Positions 18,401 to 25,939 of a DNA stretch of 64,000 bases are shown here, piece after piece (position 1 is the stretch's first letter; the number at the start of each line of letters is the position of its first letter). Origin of the DNA: a virus; the IMG/VR virus record IMGVR_UViG_3300046777_002658, positions 32,001-96,000 of that record. One strand, 5' to 3'. The notes beneath the pieces were generated by a model, which saw only the letters and a program-made list of their open reading frames with translations, did not search any database and was not told the DNA's origin. The position numbers and the translations under genes are program-made.

Positions 18401-21187
18401 TTAGTAGCCCTAAAGATGGGTGAGTTGACAGCTCAACAAACTTTAAAAGGTGAGCAAGGTAGGTTCTACAGAATGTCACTGGCTGCCGGTCTTACAAAGG
18501 AAATAGCCAAGGTTGAGAAAGAATTAGTTCTTGACCGCCAAAATAAAACACTACTAGCTATAAAAAACGAACTAGAAGCAAAAAGAAATACCTACTTTTT
18601 CTCTACTGAGTCTATGGCTACCAAGCTAAGACTACAAGAAGGTAAAAAACAGGTTGAAGTGGCTATGAGATTTGTTATCACCACTCAACAGTTCTTAAGA
18701 GACGCTGGTATCAAACCCAAAGAAGATAAAAGTAGTGCTGTTAAAACTACAATCCTAGAAGAAGCTGATAACTTTACTCTGTCAGGTAGTGACTTAGAAA
18801 AGTATGGCATCAGAGTAGATGAAGGAGAAACTAGCGTCCGAGGTTTGACAAACATTTTTAATAGACTTACTGGTGAAGACGTAGCGGTAAGAAATAACAG
18901 AGAAAATATTCTAACCAGATTCTTAGGAGACAAGGTTGGTAATAATCTAGATATTTACCTTGATGGGGAAGACAGACCGGACGGAGATATATCTAATAAG
19001 CAAATTAGAGCCTTCACAGCCTTAAAACTGATGACAGAATATGTCTCTGGTAGGTTTGAAGATACCTCTTCAATGATTGCTGGAAGCGTATTTTCAGGCG
19101 TTTTAAGCTCTCTAAGAACTAATAAGAAGTATAGTAGTTTGTCGGATGACGAGTTTATACCTAAACTGATTGCTAACCTGACTAGTAGTTTTCAATCTGA
19201 GTATATTCTCAAGAACACAATAGAAATAGAAAACCAATTATCTTTTGCCAGCACAGGTAAAGAGATACTAAACTTTTATGGAATAGAAGCTGACGGAAGT
19301 TTAAACAGAACTGCCATAGATAGTATTGTTGATAAAAAGAGAGCTTCTCTTTCTGGTGAGGATAAGTACACAGGAGAAGAGTTAGACAAGTTAGAGAAGT
19401 ATTTAAAGGGCTATAGAGATGAACAACTAGACCGACAGCAGGCTATTGCAGAAGCAACAGTTAGAAAAGGGCTGACAGATGACTTCAAAATATTTGAGGC
19501 TGCTTTAGCAACCAGTATCAACAAAACACTAGAGTATGACCAGCAAAGACTAGAGAATCAAATAGTAGAACTAAAAAGTCTGCATTCTACGCTAGGTCAA
19601 ATAAGAGAAGGTGGAGTTCCAAATGACCTAGAACAAAACTTAAATCTTTATACAACTGCTTTTGCTAACCAACTAGGAGCTGGCAAGATTGACTCTACTA
19701 TGTGGTCTGGCTTCTTTGCTGAGTCGTTACCAGAAGTCGCTAGGTTAGCCAAAGAGCATGGTGACGGTTCTGAGTCATCATATAAAGCCTTCTTTTCTTT
19801 ACTGGGTCTTGAAGGCACATCTATACAGGGAGATTTAACAGATAGTAATAGTAAGGAAGTCAACAATAAAGTTTTGGCAGCAGCAGTCAGTCAAGGTATG
19901 ACACCAGCAGACAAGCTAGAGCTGGCCAAAGAGTACACAAGGTTTATGGGTGGCAATGTTGACTCTACAGCTTTACAAGTCGAGCTTGATAGCCTGGATA
20001 AAGAAGGTAGATACTTATCAAAGGATGCTGAAAGAGTATTGCTACAGCAGTCAGGTCTGTCTGTCAAAGCAGCTGAGACCTTTGCTGCTGGTATAGACAC
20101 AATTAGAAACCTCTCAGAAACAGCTTCCGCTGCTGAGTATGCTGCCAGCCAGAGTGCTTTTAACTATACTAAAGCTGACTTAAACTTACAATACACAAAT
20201 TTGATAGCTCAACAAGTAGAAACTGCTAATAATACAGACATATCACTAGAAGAGAGGGAAAGGCTAAACGTTGAGTACGAAGCTACTAAAAATCATATAG
20301 AAACTCAGATGTTACAAGCTCAACAGGCTGTCAGAACAGGTGAAGTGGTTAATAGTCTTAAAGAAAGAAGAGCAGTTTTAAATGACACCGTTAACCAACT
20401 GCAGGCATCTCTTAACCAAACTGTTGAGGCTACTATCAAAAAGTCTCAGGAGGATTATGTCACCAAAACTACTAAAGAACTGACAAGAGTTAACGCTGCT
20501 TCTGAAGCAGTTAGCATATTTACTATTCCTATTCTGTTTGCTCTAATGCAAGGTAAGTCATCAGCTTCAGAGCAGGTTATACAAGGGGTAACAGATACTG
20601 CTCAAGCTTACCTTGGCTCTAGTTTTGCTCCTGGGCACAACTTAGAAAAAACAGCTGAGAAAATGAGAGAAGCCAGAATAAGAAGTAGCTTAAATATGAG
20701 CGGTAGCAGCACAGCATCCTTACTAGGAGCTACAGCTTTTGAAGCTATTTTTAACGCTAGTTCTGTTATCTCTAATAAAGCAGTACAAGCTATATCTGAT
20801 AAGATCGGTGGTTTTGCTGCTACACCAGGAGGTAGATTTGCTGGAGAGTTGATTGGTGGTGTCTTGGGCATAAGTTTAGCTGGTCTTGTTACTAACAGAA
20901 AAGCTGGTCTACCAGGAGAAAAAACAACAGAGCAAGATGTTGCTGACAGAATTATTGAAGGTATTAAGCAGTCAGCTCAAGCTGCTTCTGCTAGATACAG
21001 TGAAATGATTATTGCTAAAGCAAGTGTTGAAGTGGAGGGAGAGGATAATGCTAGTGTTGAAAGTCATTTAATAACGTCAGATTATCGAGAGGATGGTCAC
21101 TTATCTATTATGGAGAAAGACGAGCTTACTGGAGTAACTGCTAGAACTTATGAAGGTGACCAAATACAAACTTGGATGGAGGGCTAA
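9425..21187 (+). CDS. Giant 3920-aa virion protein: putative tape measure protein fused to a PLD-family domain and a single-chain two-barrel RNA polymerase
   Basis: HAK (10160) and HSK...SSANFT..N.E (10928-11060) PLD half-sites; RRPGSDTNKG (13685-13714); SGISAIAMSSLLLADDEVGF (16214-16273); DNDGD (17603-17617); helical C-terminus with hydrophobic segments; flanked by chaperones and baseplate-like genes. Confidence 0.65.
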   Translation: MEENSNLLDNNNDYDDYSEELYNNNTLTEAPTEQEIRENPFRSLIEYNINHGGGINKFFDSSDYNQSDPFKAAANLSISFNQKMLGVEARTQREYLEFAVQVQADRLSSAIGSYEADMQRATGHNLAGERVETYKSPNGFLTRPTQYDTYSLFSNQEAREMGLRLSMYQLPETNTVVGISQRSRSSTEIVTQSFLNSDQSRRDLSSTNSQRSMRVLVGNEVASNILNRNENINVYGVGMPQGANLHAKVGYLYTNNSLETDYKDTLRNQKAQTAFISTQNITSALPKANTSEEMLVLSRGDIYRSNNQNPLTYRDSILDEREEIRNRLIDQLKGVTDAIASLAKSQQRQVEKSFRESVKQVTKDNITSLESMRAGANSSVFVNEDILIEIKNKVKDAAEKSSTKKVVLSIQYLENIFLDNSSNSSSRYDNDVRIPMLNALELLSKQGRLSLATSSVSFAPDQGLFNILDKFHSNEITGYSKTVLKTLLDNNSFSILPTSFAHSKTFAIFDMPESRPDLNKLKLDSFGISSANFTRNAFENNIETGLILDRDSLRGLTDREQQDITNYYYYGVSNFNRLRAQGSFVESRGNAEQTEKLIGILTSMGGQESRERVSGSPFVFSRRYDINRGVELSGLDIQIRGLGQGAKGYSFSVTVGQEYGQNGYEPIVYLSKNNRVINGMIYKNDSSQALQLYNGEYLAPGETRQFSALEVVAGLVDTLRHTTLFEASRGSLQTAIKSMTTATRLQGLSRVLGNLLFEQAQLKNYMSWLDSQGSGFTDVMTNLHQRDAGARGWLNNILNDGKDQNIATKTLASLAERLSIPLSQSSLGTEVASRLPERTAQILDILNKEIGGDRRDVATTTAGMVKALDRLLMNSLDNSQTATLYTDLLRMIVQQDAVANDIYERSQQRAKQELFSQMTSAFMQPHELRYSFGQALYKRPVFSINNDLSKLARSQNTLGLLLSPHGLRHGESLGDTYIRAIADSVRFTERDLYSNQGGIYKAEGGAATIRHAESMLGTMRGIGILRRSEYRDRSLAAYIAVGLSDEQARRRTEEQEKEVFKLQELSGNSSSNLFFFPYRVTEQISGRLKNLQSGRPLEAASARFATYAHTLGVVGNDSYSDLSNMLSGNIFTSLPEHQYKYLQQLIIDHGSYENVLNYIRTNIHGDSLSLVRGLLGGSAPKRVLQSMGISTMSDFAYVNSEYKDADKNSLEYAYLHKTSMSFDTTQILSNVEFAGKVARTLTKGVTFLAKDTLIDNVSLNKHLQDKVLEDIAAIDSTITGSFKEQLQKLDKGQLKDLEKLVALKYNTVQFKASKGLFFFKKGVHSAAEGSSIEERLHSKRLIGEFQETKGTFTINGFYQYESMGGQEKAAKLISFKLPATSQRIYGGVTVLHEQPRVYFSGSSTLNLEMETSTIGRDSSGRRPGSDTNKGPNLYLAGDLFDFLDKYSGTNKNLLPDRVKDQKIYSVISPSQIKGFNFEQGLMLIEQRHGNRFLDLIESDRGGRAVAEGLALMMLQSKDSNEVTISELLGQSLIDEGGDRKSVGYSFLMKPGGKAVGKKLPEKDNNPTISSALQGSFLLYDQFGSLALPEFLNSNMTISQALTKTVALALGTGNDSEKARLHLKNRSAEIFRQVQRKSDKELGVLDPSRYIFSDGFDSRSASVLAYLVKAGQDLLGKVDTNARLSGNSISEVNPAYFMGTENRRRYLGEVAGEDSKTRRAMLASVRRVAAGLGVHLPAPEEINNANDAERGILERRLEYGLSQVNAMLRLNRFLEFGMEQLPSKVSVAVGMQNMTKLEGQYALELSQRELGLFTNTLQEKQDVLTIQKAVLLLGSLMEGHLPDPYKASKLYSLKVTNLASANEEAGFSKSLHFSTKFLSNFSRVAEKTLPTVVKGKRGFSTPLAEDAVLAYMFGADATNANNLVDKMGLVRSQVSGMVLPSAQDAEFGVDHRRRLLEQTILSELKIDPEQRKAIQNEVIGIIKDFEPTTRLKAIRGSNPGRQDFINRNLRNVIIERAERTLQKGEKLIAPVSYYEDFFYNLTRGLVDKEPAVLKEFSDPDTQKVATYLTDDLLRASGVYKHYQGELNERIRASQTTGTGLEYISYGLEVLRSVSSKFLSGTEPEKKKAQSLYDSITKTQRLVLPVLTGYGMKEGRYEVSYASTRTESPNQGLLLGLDLMQKLSLVFQGESHAALDTQVALVRQLDATKGILQKLRSGGKVELDDYELTQYRRLEFLMRESVETTAQLLNNQETIRQAGNDRLKLSGISAIAMSSLLLADDEVGFGSRFDEVTSTGDRSKFGLRGQIGRMHRELVSRANQVSNAQRELDNMSIQLAKETGTGISGREVELLVGTEHRKMSSLINEWKDNQRKLKTVERLAASARQNRSLTQREAQEIEQLGATDKQAGNRLVKINSYVTKKLLKAFGLVYRKIREAPEVEGERYNLVEVTKTRPLIIGGEVESYAKDGSRIKRYKEYGDLEVGLKDSNHIIAFSDIDEFEKIATGKLRKEGIAIGKRIKAQESYIQKLETKLREAPFILANKQSELELYLQDTATKLNNLKSAFLKEELKPNQLIAVTDLRPLISSDNRVDFLEFANEYILKLLMSDNTKATSKEYEKDRILREKLKTIPLFERLLAAKRRDAKASARANFNLIEGVYYNDATNVRQGSPSGASVPADSGTRFVSIVPVETELAGRAEATKTFITPAQQQSSTVMLVAALGQHYTQLGDNDGDSFQGAVTQLASITRLIQQQQEKIQKLAASKKDYSHDVSLSDEQIEHFNNLNEKAVRAELAELEVHRDVLLKAYQEKKSNASAKAAEGMRRFTATYTAVPEEMMGPSGVLRDEQHQPLVKQYRDTLDGVYGNTKHAVDAIGNLNADVLSKLELTQSGTGFRVDNLTDLNLTQEQQDGVRAEIDWYNQQFGRDHQDQQSFKEAIIIQQATKANVNAAVSNVSNKQIPAALGSIVDDQRLTELQSILGASGSGLLGTTYNTVVPLVALKMGELTAQQTLKGEQGRFYRMSLAAGLTKEIAKVEKELVLDRQNKTLLAIKNELEAKRNTYFFSTESMATKLRLQEGKKQVEVAMRFVITTQQFLRDAGIKPKEDKSSAVKTTILEEADNFTLSGSDLEKYGIRVDEGETSVRGLTNIFNRLTGEDVAVRNNRENILTRFLGDKVGNNLDIYLDGEDRPDGDISNKQIRAFTALKLMTEYVSGRFEDTSSMIAGSVFSGVLSSLRTNKKYSSLSDDEFIPKLIANLTSSFQSEYILKNTIEIENQLSFASTGKEILNFYGIEADGSLNRTAIDSIVDKKRASLSGEDKYTGEELDKLEKYLKGYRDEQLDRQQAIAEATVRKGLTDDFKIFEAALATSINKTLEYDQQRLENQIVELKSLHSTLGQIREGGVPNDLEQNLNLYTTAFANQLGAGKIDSTMWSGFFAESLPEVARLAKEHGDGSESSYKAFFSLLGLEGTSIQGDLTDSNSKEVNNKVLAAAVSQGMTPADKLELAKEYTRFMGGNVDSTALQVELDSLDKEGRYLSKDAERVLLQQSGLSVKAAETFAAGIDTIRNLSETASAAEYAASQSAFNYTKADLNLQYTNLIAQQVETANNTDISLEERERLNVEYEATKNHIETQMLQAQQAVRTGEVVNSLKERRAVLNDTVNQLQASLNQTVEATIKKSQEDYVTKTTKELTRVNAASEAVSIFTIPILFALMQGKSSASEQVIQGVTDTAQAYLGSSFAPGHNLEKTAEKMREARIRSSLNMSGSSTASLLGATAFEAIFNASSVISNKAVQAISDKIGGFAATPGGRFAGELIGGVLGISLAGLVTNRKAGLPGEKTTEQDVADRIIEGIKQSAQAASARYSEMIIAKASVEVEGEDNASVESHLITSDYREDGHLSIMEKDELTGVTARTYEGDQIQTWMEG

Positions 21188-21711
21188 AGATGACTAGCGG
21201 GTCATTTGTGGAAAGTAACAGGTATAAAAAGATTTTAGCTCTAACAAGCAAGGCTAATTACTATGTTCTAGGATTTGGAAGATATACACCTTGGACTTTA
21301 GACTTAACGCCTCCTGTTGTATCAGGAGTAGAAACTAGCGTAGACGAATTATTTGGTTTTATTAGAGTTATACAAATTACTGGTGTTGCTAAAACAACTC
21401 AACAGCTATCTGATTTTAGTGTGAATGGTGATTATTATAAAAAATTACCAAATACTGTACAAGATTTATCTACTGCTAAGTGTAAAGAACTATGCTTTGA
21501 AGGAACTCTGACTCATTCTGAAATAACTCAACCTAGCTGGAGGTCATTGAGCTTACATGAGTCACCTACAGCTCTCACACTTACAGGATTTATTACTGCT
21601 ACTTTAGCAGGCTTATCTTTAACTTACCTAGCACACTTTAGACCTAGAACTAAAGAGAGTGGTGCAATAGAGACTATCCGATTGATACTTCCTATTGATG
21701 GAGGGCTGTAA
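21172..21711 (+). CDS. Putative baseplate wedge-like protein; probable start ATG 21190
   Basis: YYVLGFGRYTPW...PP resembles the N-terminal motif of T4 gp8-like wedge proteins; follows the giant tail gene. Confidence 0.45.
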   Translation: MDGGLKMTSGSFVESNRYKKILALTSKANYYVLGFGRYTPWTLDLTPPVVSGVETSVDELFGFIRVIQITGVAKTTQQLSDFSVNGDYYKKLPNTVQDLSTAKCKELCFEGTLTHSEITQPSWRSLSLHESPTALTLTGFITATLAGLSLTYLAHFRPRTKESGAIETIRLILPIDGGL

Positions 21712-22850
21712 TGGCACAACTATTTGGTTCTAATAACCCCTTAACAGCCCAACTAATAGCTCTAGCACTCCCAAAAAGTGATAGTAAAAAACCTAACAAA
21801 TCTACAGGTGCAGCATCCAGAGTCATAACGCCAGCTATTGTTGGTAATGACTTGGTTAATGCAAACGCTCGAAGAAATAAAAAAGACTCTTTTACAGTTG
21901 ATTATTACGTTGGGGAAAAAGAAGGTCAAGCAAATTATTTAAAGTTTACGTTTGCTTTGCTACCAGCTATAGATAATATTGTTAACTACTCAGCTTCTAG
22001 TCCATTCAGGGGTAATGAGAGCGTACCTGAAGTGAAGCCAGGTATTCCTATCAGAACTGCTATGAAGCATAGAAATACTGTTATTCCTGGTGGTACCAAC
22101 GTTATTCAGACAATTGGAATAGATAGTAAGTACATTGTTTTGGTAGGGGCTTTTGTTGGCACTGAAAAGTCAACTAGTGGAGATTCAGTTGGGGCTACTT
22201 TCTACGACACTATATACCAAAGAGCTGGAAACCCTAAAGGGCCGCTACCTGAGTATAGCTCTTACAAACAAGCAAAGTTTTTTAACGATGAAGTTGTAGA
22301 AAAAGGAGCTCCTGTTACTATAACTATTCAGACAGAGGGACAAAAACCTGATGATTCTATTAAGGTAACTGGTGTAATAGTAGACTTTAAGATTCAGGCT
22401 GTTAGGGAAGCTAAGACCTACTATGCTATGACTATTCTTTATACCAACAGTCTCAGAAATAAAACTAAAGATGCAGCTGCTACCACCACTGAGCCTACCA
22501 CCACTGCGCCTACCACCACTGCGCCTGCTCCCTCGTCAAACATTCCTACTAGTAATAACTCCACCAAAACCACAAAACTGAAAACACTACCGGCAGGCGA
22601 GGTTGGAAAGCAGCTAATTGGTAGAGAGTGGAACCAATACTTAGCTAGAACCGTAGGAGAGGTATATGATTTTTGGGGCGAAGCAGATGGTTCTCATCGT
22701 GAAAAACTAAGTAATGATATGTATACCTTCAGATACAAAAGAAAAGACAAGAGCGGGAACGTACTACGTCCTAACAAGGATAATATTATTGTTATTACTG
22801 TCGAGTTTAGCTCGGATAAAAATAGTTGGTTTGTGACTGATGCGTATTAA
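21711..22850 (+). CDS. Hypothetical tail/baseplate-module protein with a Thr/Pro linker
   Basis: 379 aa, translationally coupled to the upstream gene; TTTEP-TTTAP-TTTAP repeats. Confidence 0.55.
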   Translation: MAQLFGSNNPLTAQLIALALPKSDSKKPNKSTGAASRVITPAIVGNDLVNANARRNKKDSFTVDYYVGEKEGQANYLKFTFALLPAIDNIVNYSASSPFRGNESVPEVKPGIPIRTAMKHRNTVIPGGTNVIQTIGIDSKYIVLVGAFVGTEKSTSGDSVGATFYDTIYQRAGNPKGPLPEYSSYKQAKFFNDEVVEKGAPVTITIQTEGQKPDDSIKVTGVIVDFKIQAVREAKTYYAMTILYTNSLRNKTKDAAATTTEPTTTAPTTTAPAPSSNIPTSNNSTKTTKLKTLPAGEVGKQLIGREWNQYLARTVGEVYDFWGEADGSHREKLSNDMYTFRYKRKDKSGNVLRPNKDNIIVITVEFSSDKNSWFVTDAY

Positions 22851-22884
22851 TTGGTTTGTGGCTGATGCGAAAAAGTTAGACTAG

Positions 22885-23916
22885 GTGGTAATAATTAAAA
22901 AAATGACTTTAACAATAAACACTCAACAGGAAGTAGATAATAAGTTTTTAGGTGTAGGAGGCTATCAACTGGTTCAAGAGTACCTTTCTGAACAAGAGTT
23001 AATAGACTCTGTACTATTTGGTGGTCAAACTATATTTCTATCACTTTTTTCAACAGCTGAAGGTAAGCCGACAATAGTAGAGAATTTAGTAGAGCATGGA
23101 TACCAGCCTGATTCTTTGCTGGCAGTCTTAAACTCTAAGTTTGAACTTCTAGCCCAGAAAGTTCTTGAACCCACTGTTATTGCTGGAGAGACCATCTATC
23201 AATATGGCTTAACAGAAGATGAACGCCTTTTACTTTTTAGAAAACATCTAGGAAGGTTTTTCTTCTCATTTGAAACTAGACAAGGTGTAAAGGTTATCCA
23301 AGTCTTTAGCCTGACAGAAATACCTCCTAGTGAGCAGAACGCTTTGCTAAGTCTATGGAGAACCCAAGCGGAGTCCTTGTCTAACCAACAATCAAATATT
23401 GATGAACTTTTTATTAAACCAGTTACACAAAACCAGGTAAATTTATTTATATCTGAAACACAAAGTATATCTCTTCTATCGCCTGTAAATGAGCAAGTGT
23501 TTCTCAAGGGAGATTCTATTTACATCTCTACTAGTAATAGTGTAGTAATAGCTTTTAAAGCTGTGCATCAGGAACTTGATGAGGAATATCTGCAACTAAC
23601 AGAAAACTCCTTAACAGCTGTACTGTCATCTTTAAACTACACACTAATTCATAGAGACTTAGTTGACAACTCACAGTATTGGCTTTTAAGTGGAGGGGAT
23701 ACAAGACTAGACGTTCATTTCAACGCTGGGTTAGTTGATAAAGTCTATAAGTTGCAGTTTACCACTCTACGTTTAAGCAACACTGAAGGAAGTGGCTTAA
23801 GCAGATTAAAATACAGAGACGGGCTTTATATTTTAAAAGCTGCGAGTAAGTTTGACCCACTGCAGCCTTCAAAAACTATTAAGTTGTCAGCTACAGCTAG
23901 TCTACTAGAAGGATAA
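22885..23916 (+). CDS. Hypothetical protein (tail module)
   Basis: 343-aa ORF continuing the plus-strand structural block. Confidence 0.55.
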   Translation: MVIIKKMTLTINTQQEVDNKFLGVGGYQLVQEYLSEQELIDSVLFGGQTIFLSLFSTAEGKPTIVENLVEHGYQPDSLLAVLNSKFELLAQKVLEPTVIAGETIYQYGLTEDERLLLFRKHLGRFFFSFETRQGVKVIQVFSLTEIPPSEQNALLSLWRTQAESLSNQQSNIDELFIKPVTQNQVNLFISETQSISLLSPVNEQVFLKGDSIYISTSNSVVIAFKAVHQELDEEYLQLTENSLTAVLSSLNYTLIHRDLVDNSQYWLLSGGDTRLDVHFNAGLVDKVYKLQFTTLRLSNTEGSGLSRLKYRDGLYILKAASKFDPLQPSKTIKLSATASLLEG

Positions 23917-24177
23917 TCTATCGTTTACTGCAGAGAGGTAACTATAAAGAACAGATAGATTAGCTTTATGCAAGGGAGTTAGACCTGTGTTTAGTAAAAC
24001 CCTGATGTTTGCTATTAAAAGGTCTAATTTTTTTAGTTCGTAAAAGTCTAGCAAAAACTCAACTAACTCGCTCTGCGTCAAACCTTTCTCTGCTGCCAGA
24101 CTTTTCAATGATTGAGTTGTATCTGGGGTTAGAGCAATCACAAATTTGCTGGTACGCTTTGTCTCTTTCCTGCCCAT
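23905..24177 (-). CDS. Ribbon-helix-helix (CopG-like) DNA-binding protein
   Basis: FVIALTPDTTQSLKSLAAEKGLTQSELVEFLL matches the RHH strand-helix-helix pattern. Confidence 0.6.
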   Translation of the reverse strand: MGRKETKRTSKFVIALTPDTTQSLKSLAAEKGLTQSELVEFLLDFYELKKLDLLIANIRVLLNTGLTPLHKANLSVLYSYLSAVNDRLSF

Positions 24178-24439
24178 CTAAGTTTACTATTTCTCTATAT
24201 AATTCAACTATTTTTCTAGTGTCTTCCCGGAGGATACTATTGCTAACAGAATCTTCTGCACAGAGAGAGTAAAACATAGGGTCTAGCAGCAAAAAGCCTT
24301 TAAACCTTAACTGTACCTCTGTGTCTTGTAGAAGAACCTGAAGGTTGTTATACTCTAAAATTGTGAGCCCACCTTTCTGTTCTACTTTTAGTTTACTAAT
24401 AAACTTAACAAACAAGAATATCTTCTTTAAAAAATTCAT
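24059..24439 (-). CDS. Hypothetical protein
   Basis: 126 aa, starts 4 nt after the PAAR stop; overlaps the RHH gene. Confidence 0.5.
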   Translation of the reverse strand: MNFLKKIFLFVKFISKLKVEQKGGLTILEYNNLQVLLQDTEVQLRFKGFLLLDPMFYSLCAEDSVSNSILREDTRKIVELYREIVNLDGQERDKAYQQICDCSNPRYNSIIEKSGSRERFDAERVS

Positions 24440-24443
24440 GGTC

Positions 24444-24746
24444 TTAACCTACTAAAACGTTAGCTGCACCTGGTCCTCTTGTAGCTCCAGTACAATGATT
24501 GCGATCGCCTACTCTATGAGCAGGTGAACCCTGGATTAAAACTTTAGAAGAGCCTGTAGTTAAAAAGCAAGGTCCACCGCAGAAAGCTAGGTCTCCAACT
24601 GTAGCAGGAGGTCTCCCAGCGACTAAAACCAGAGAAGCCTTACAGGAAGATATAAAACCACCAGGTACGTATGGTCCTCTTTTAGGATGAGGACAAACAG
24701 TAGTGTTAGGACAGCCAATTCCGTCAAACAGCAAAGCTTGAAACAT
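24444..24746 (-). CDS. PAAR-domain tail spike tip protein
   Basis: 100 aa; VLVAGRPPATVGD and VLIQGSPAHRVGD PAAR repeats plus Cys/His ligands. Confidence 0.85.
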   Translation of the reverse strand: MFQALLFDGIGCPNTTVCPHPKRGPYVPGGFISSCKASLVLVAGRPPATVGDLAFCGGPCFLTTGSSKVLIQGSPAHRVGDRNHCTGATRGPGAANVLVG

Positions 24747-25573
24747 TAGCTTCCTCCCTCTGTATCAGTGGATAAATAAGCAACCCATTTAACAAAGTAA
24801 TCTCCATCTAACAGAGCGGCTATCTGTGAGTTAAGAAGGCTGGTCTCTAGAACATCACCTTCTGGCTCCAAAGTTAAGGGCAAAAATGTAGTAGGTAAAT
24901 CTGGTATTTCGATAGCATTATAGTTCTCATTTAAAAACCTCTGAAGAGTTATCTGATATTGATTTTGGTTTAAAGTTGGTGGGTAATCCCCTGGCTTTTT
25001 AGTCTGGCTAAAGTTGGCTAGAGGAATAGTAAACTTTGGCATCCCAGGATTAGAAATAGCACTCCGGGCTTCCCCTTGTACTTTTGGTATTCTGTCAGAG
25101 CTATCAATTATTTCCCTAGCCTCGTTTACACATATATTATGTCTACCATCCCACACCTTGCTACTCTTTTGAGGAACAGGTACACCAGGAAATACATACA
25201 TAGAGCTGGTTCTTGAAAAATAACTGTCAGCCCCCCAATCGTAGTTAAAAGGGTTAGCAGGCGGGTACAACAACTCTTCTGCTTTAGGAGCCGGCGCTGG
25301 CTGTACAAAAGAGTAGCAATCAGAGTATAACTCAAGGTCAACAGCAAACCCAAGATGTCTTAGTTTAATGGGATTACTAGAAAGCCTGTAAAACACATGG
25401 CTTCTTTGATAAGTAATCAGGGTTCCATCCGGAGCTGCTAGATTTGAAGCTGTAACAGTCTCTACTTCCTCTAAGAAAGAAAGTTGGGGTGCTGGACTAG
25501 AAAAAGTTCTAGAACCTAAATATACGTCCTGCAAGGTTGGAGTAACAATCGGAGATATTGGTTTGTATTCCAT
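24746..25573 (-). CDS. Hypothetical virion protein upstream of PAAR
   Basis: 275 aa, coupled to the PAAR gene. Confidence 0.55.
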   Translation of the reverse strand: MEYKPISPIVTPTLQDVYLGSRTFSSPAPQLSFLEEVETVTASNLAAPDGTLITYQRSHVFYRLSSNPIKLRHLGFAVDLELYSDCYSFVQPAPAPKAEELLYPPANPFNYDWGADSYFSRTSSMYVFPGVPVPQKSSKVWDGRHNICVNEAREIIDSSDRIPKVQGEARSAISNPGMPKFTIPLANFSQTKKPGDYPPTLNQNQYQITLQRFLNENYNAIEIPDLPTTFLPLTLEPEGDVLETSLLNSQIAALLDGDYFVKWVAYLSTDTEGGS

Positions 25574-25717
25574 ATGTAAAAAAGATATTACCTACAAGTA
25601 TAGCTTATACAAGCTTTGCGATCACTCAAAGAAAAATATACGCAGATTTTTTGGGATTAAAAATAAGAAAAAAGAAAGCCGGGGTGTGTCTGGAAAAACA
25701 AATGAAGAGGTAAACAG

Positions 25718-25872
25718 AAAAGCAAAGGCGGAGCTGGGAGAAAAGCAAAGGCGGAGCTGGGAGAAAAGTAAGGTCGGAGCTGGGAGAAAAGTAAGGTCGG
25801 AGCTGGTAGAAGAATCAAAGGCGGAGCTGGGAGAAAAATTGATAGCTGGTAGAAAAATTGATAGCTGGTAGA
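25718..25872. repeat. Tandem array of about 7 degenerate 16-23 bp units (core GGAGCTGGGAGAAAA / TAGCTGGTAGA)
   Basis: Read directly: GCAAAGGCGGAGCTGGGAGAAAA x2, GTAAGGTCGGAGCTGG x2, then shorter variants; no unique spacers. Confidence 0.85.
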
Positions 25873-25939
25873 GGTTGATGAATAGTGCTTCCAGAAGGTA
25901 AGCCGGGGTTCTGAAAACGAACAATTCCTGGCTTGTTTT

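Noticed and set aside
10459-20871. Minus-strand ORFs inside the 3920-aa gene
   Set aside because: Antisense shadows of a long coding frame; no motifs or RBS.
5260-25610. TAGCTT(G/A) near 5265, 9385 and 25600 as a late promoter motif
   Set aside because: AGCT-containing words are common throughout this sequence; three short matches are not enough without statistics.
25718-25872. CRISPR array
   Set aside because: Units are contiguous with no unique spacers, and there are no cas genes.
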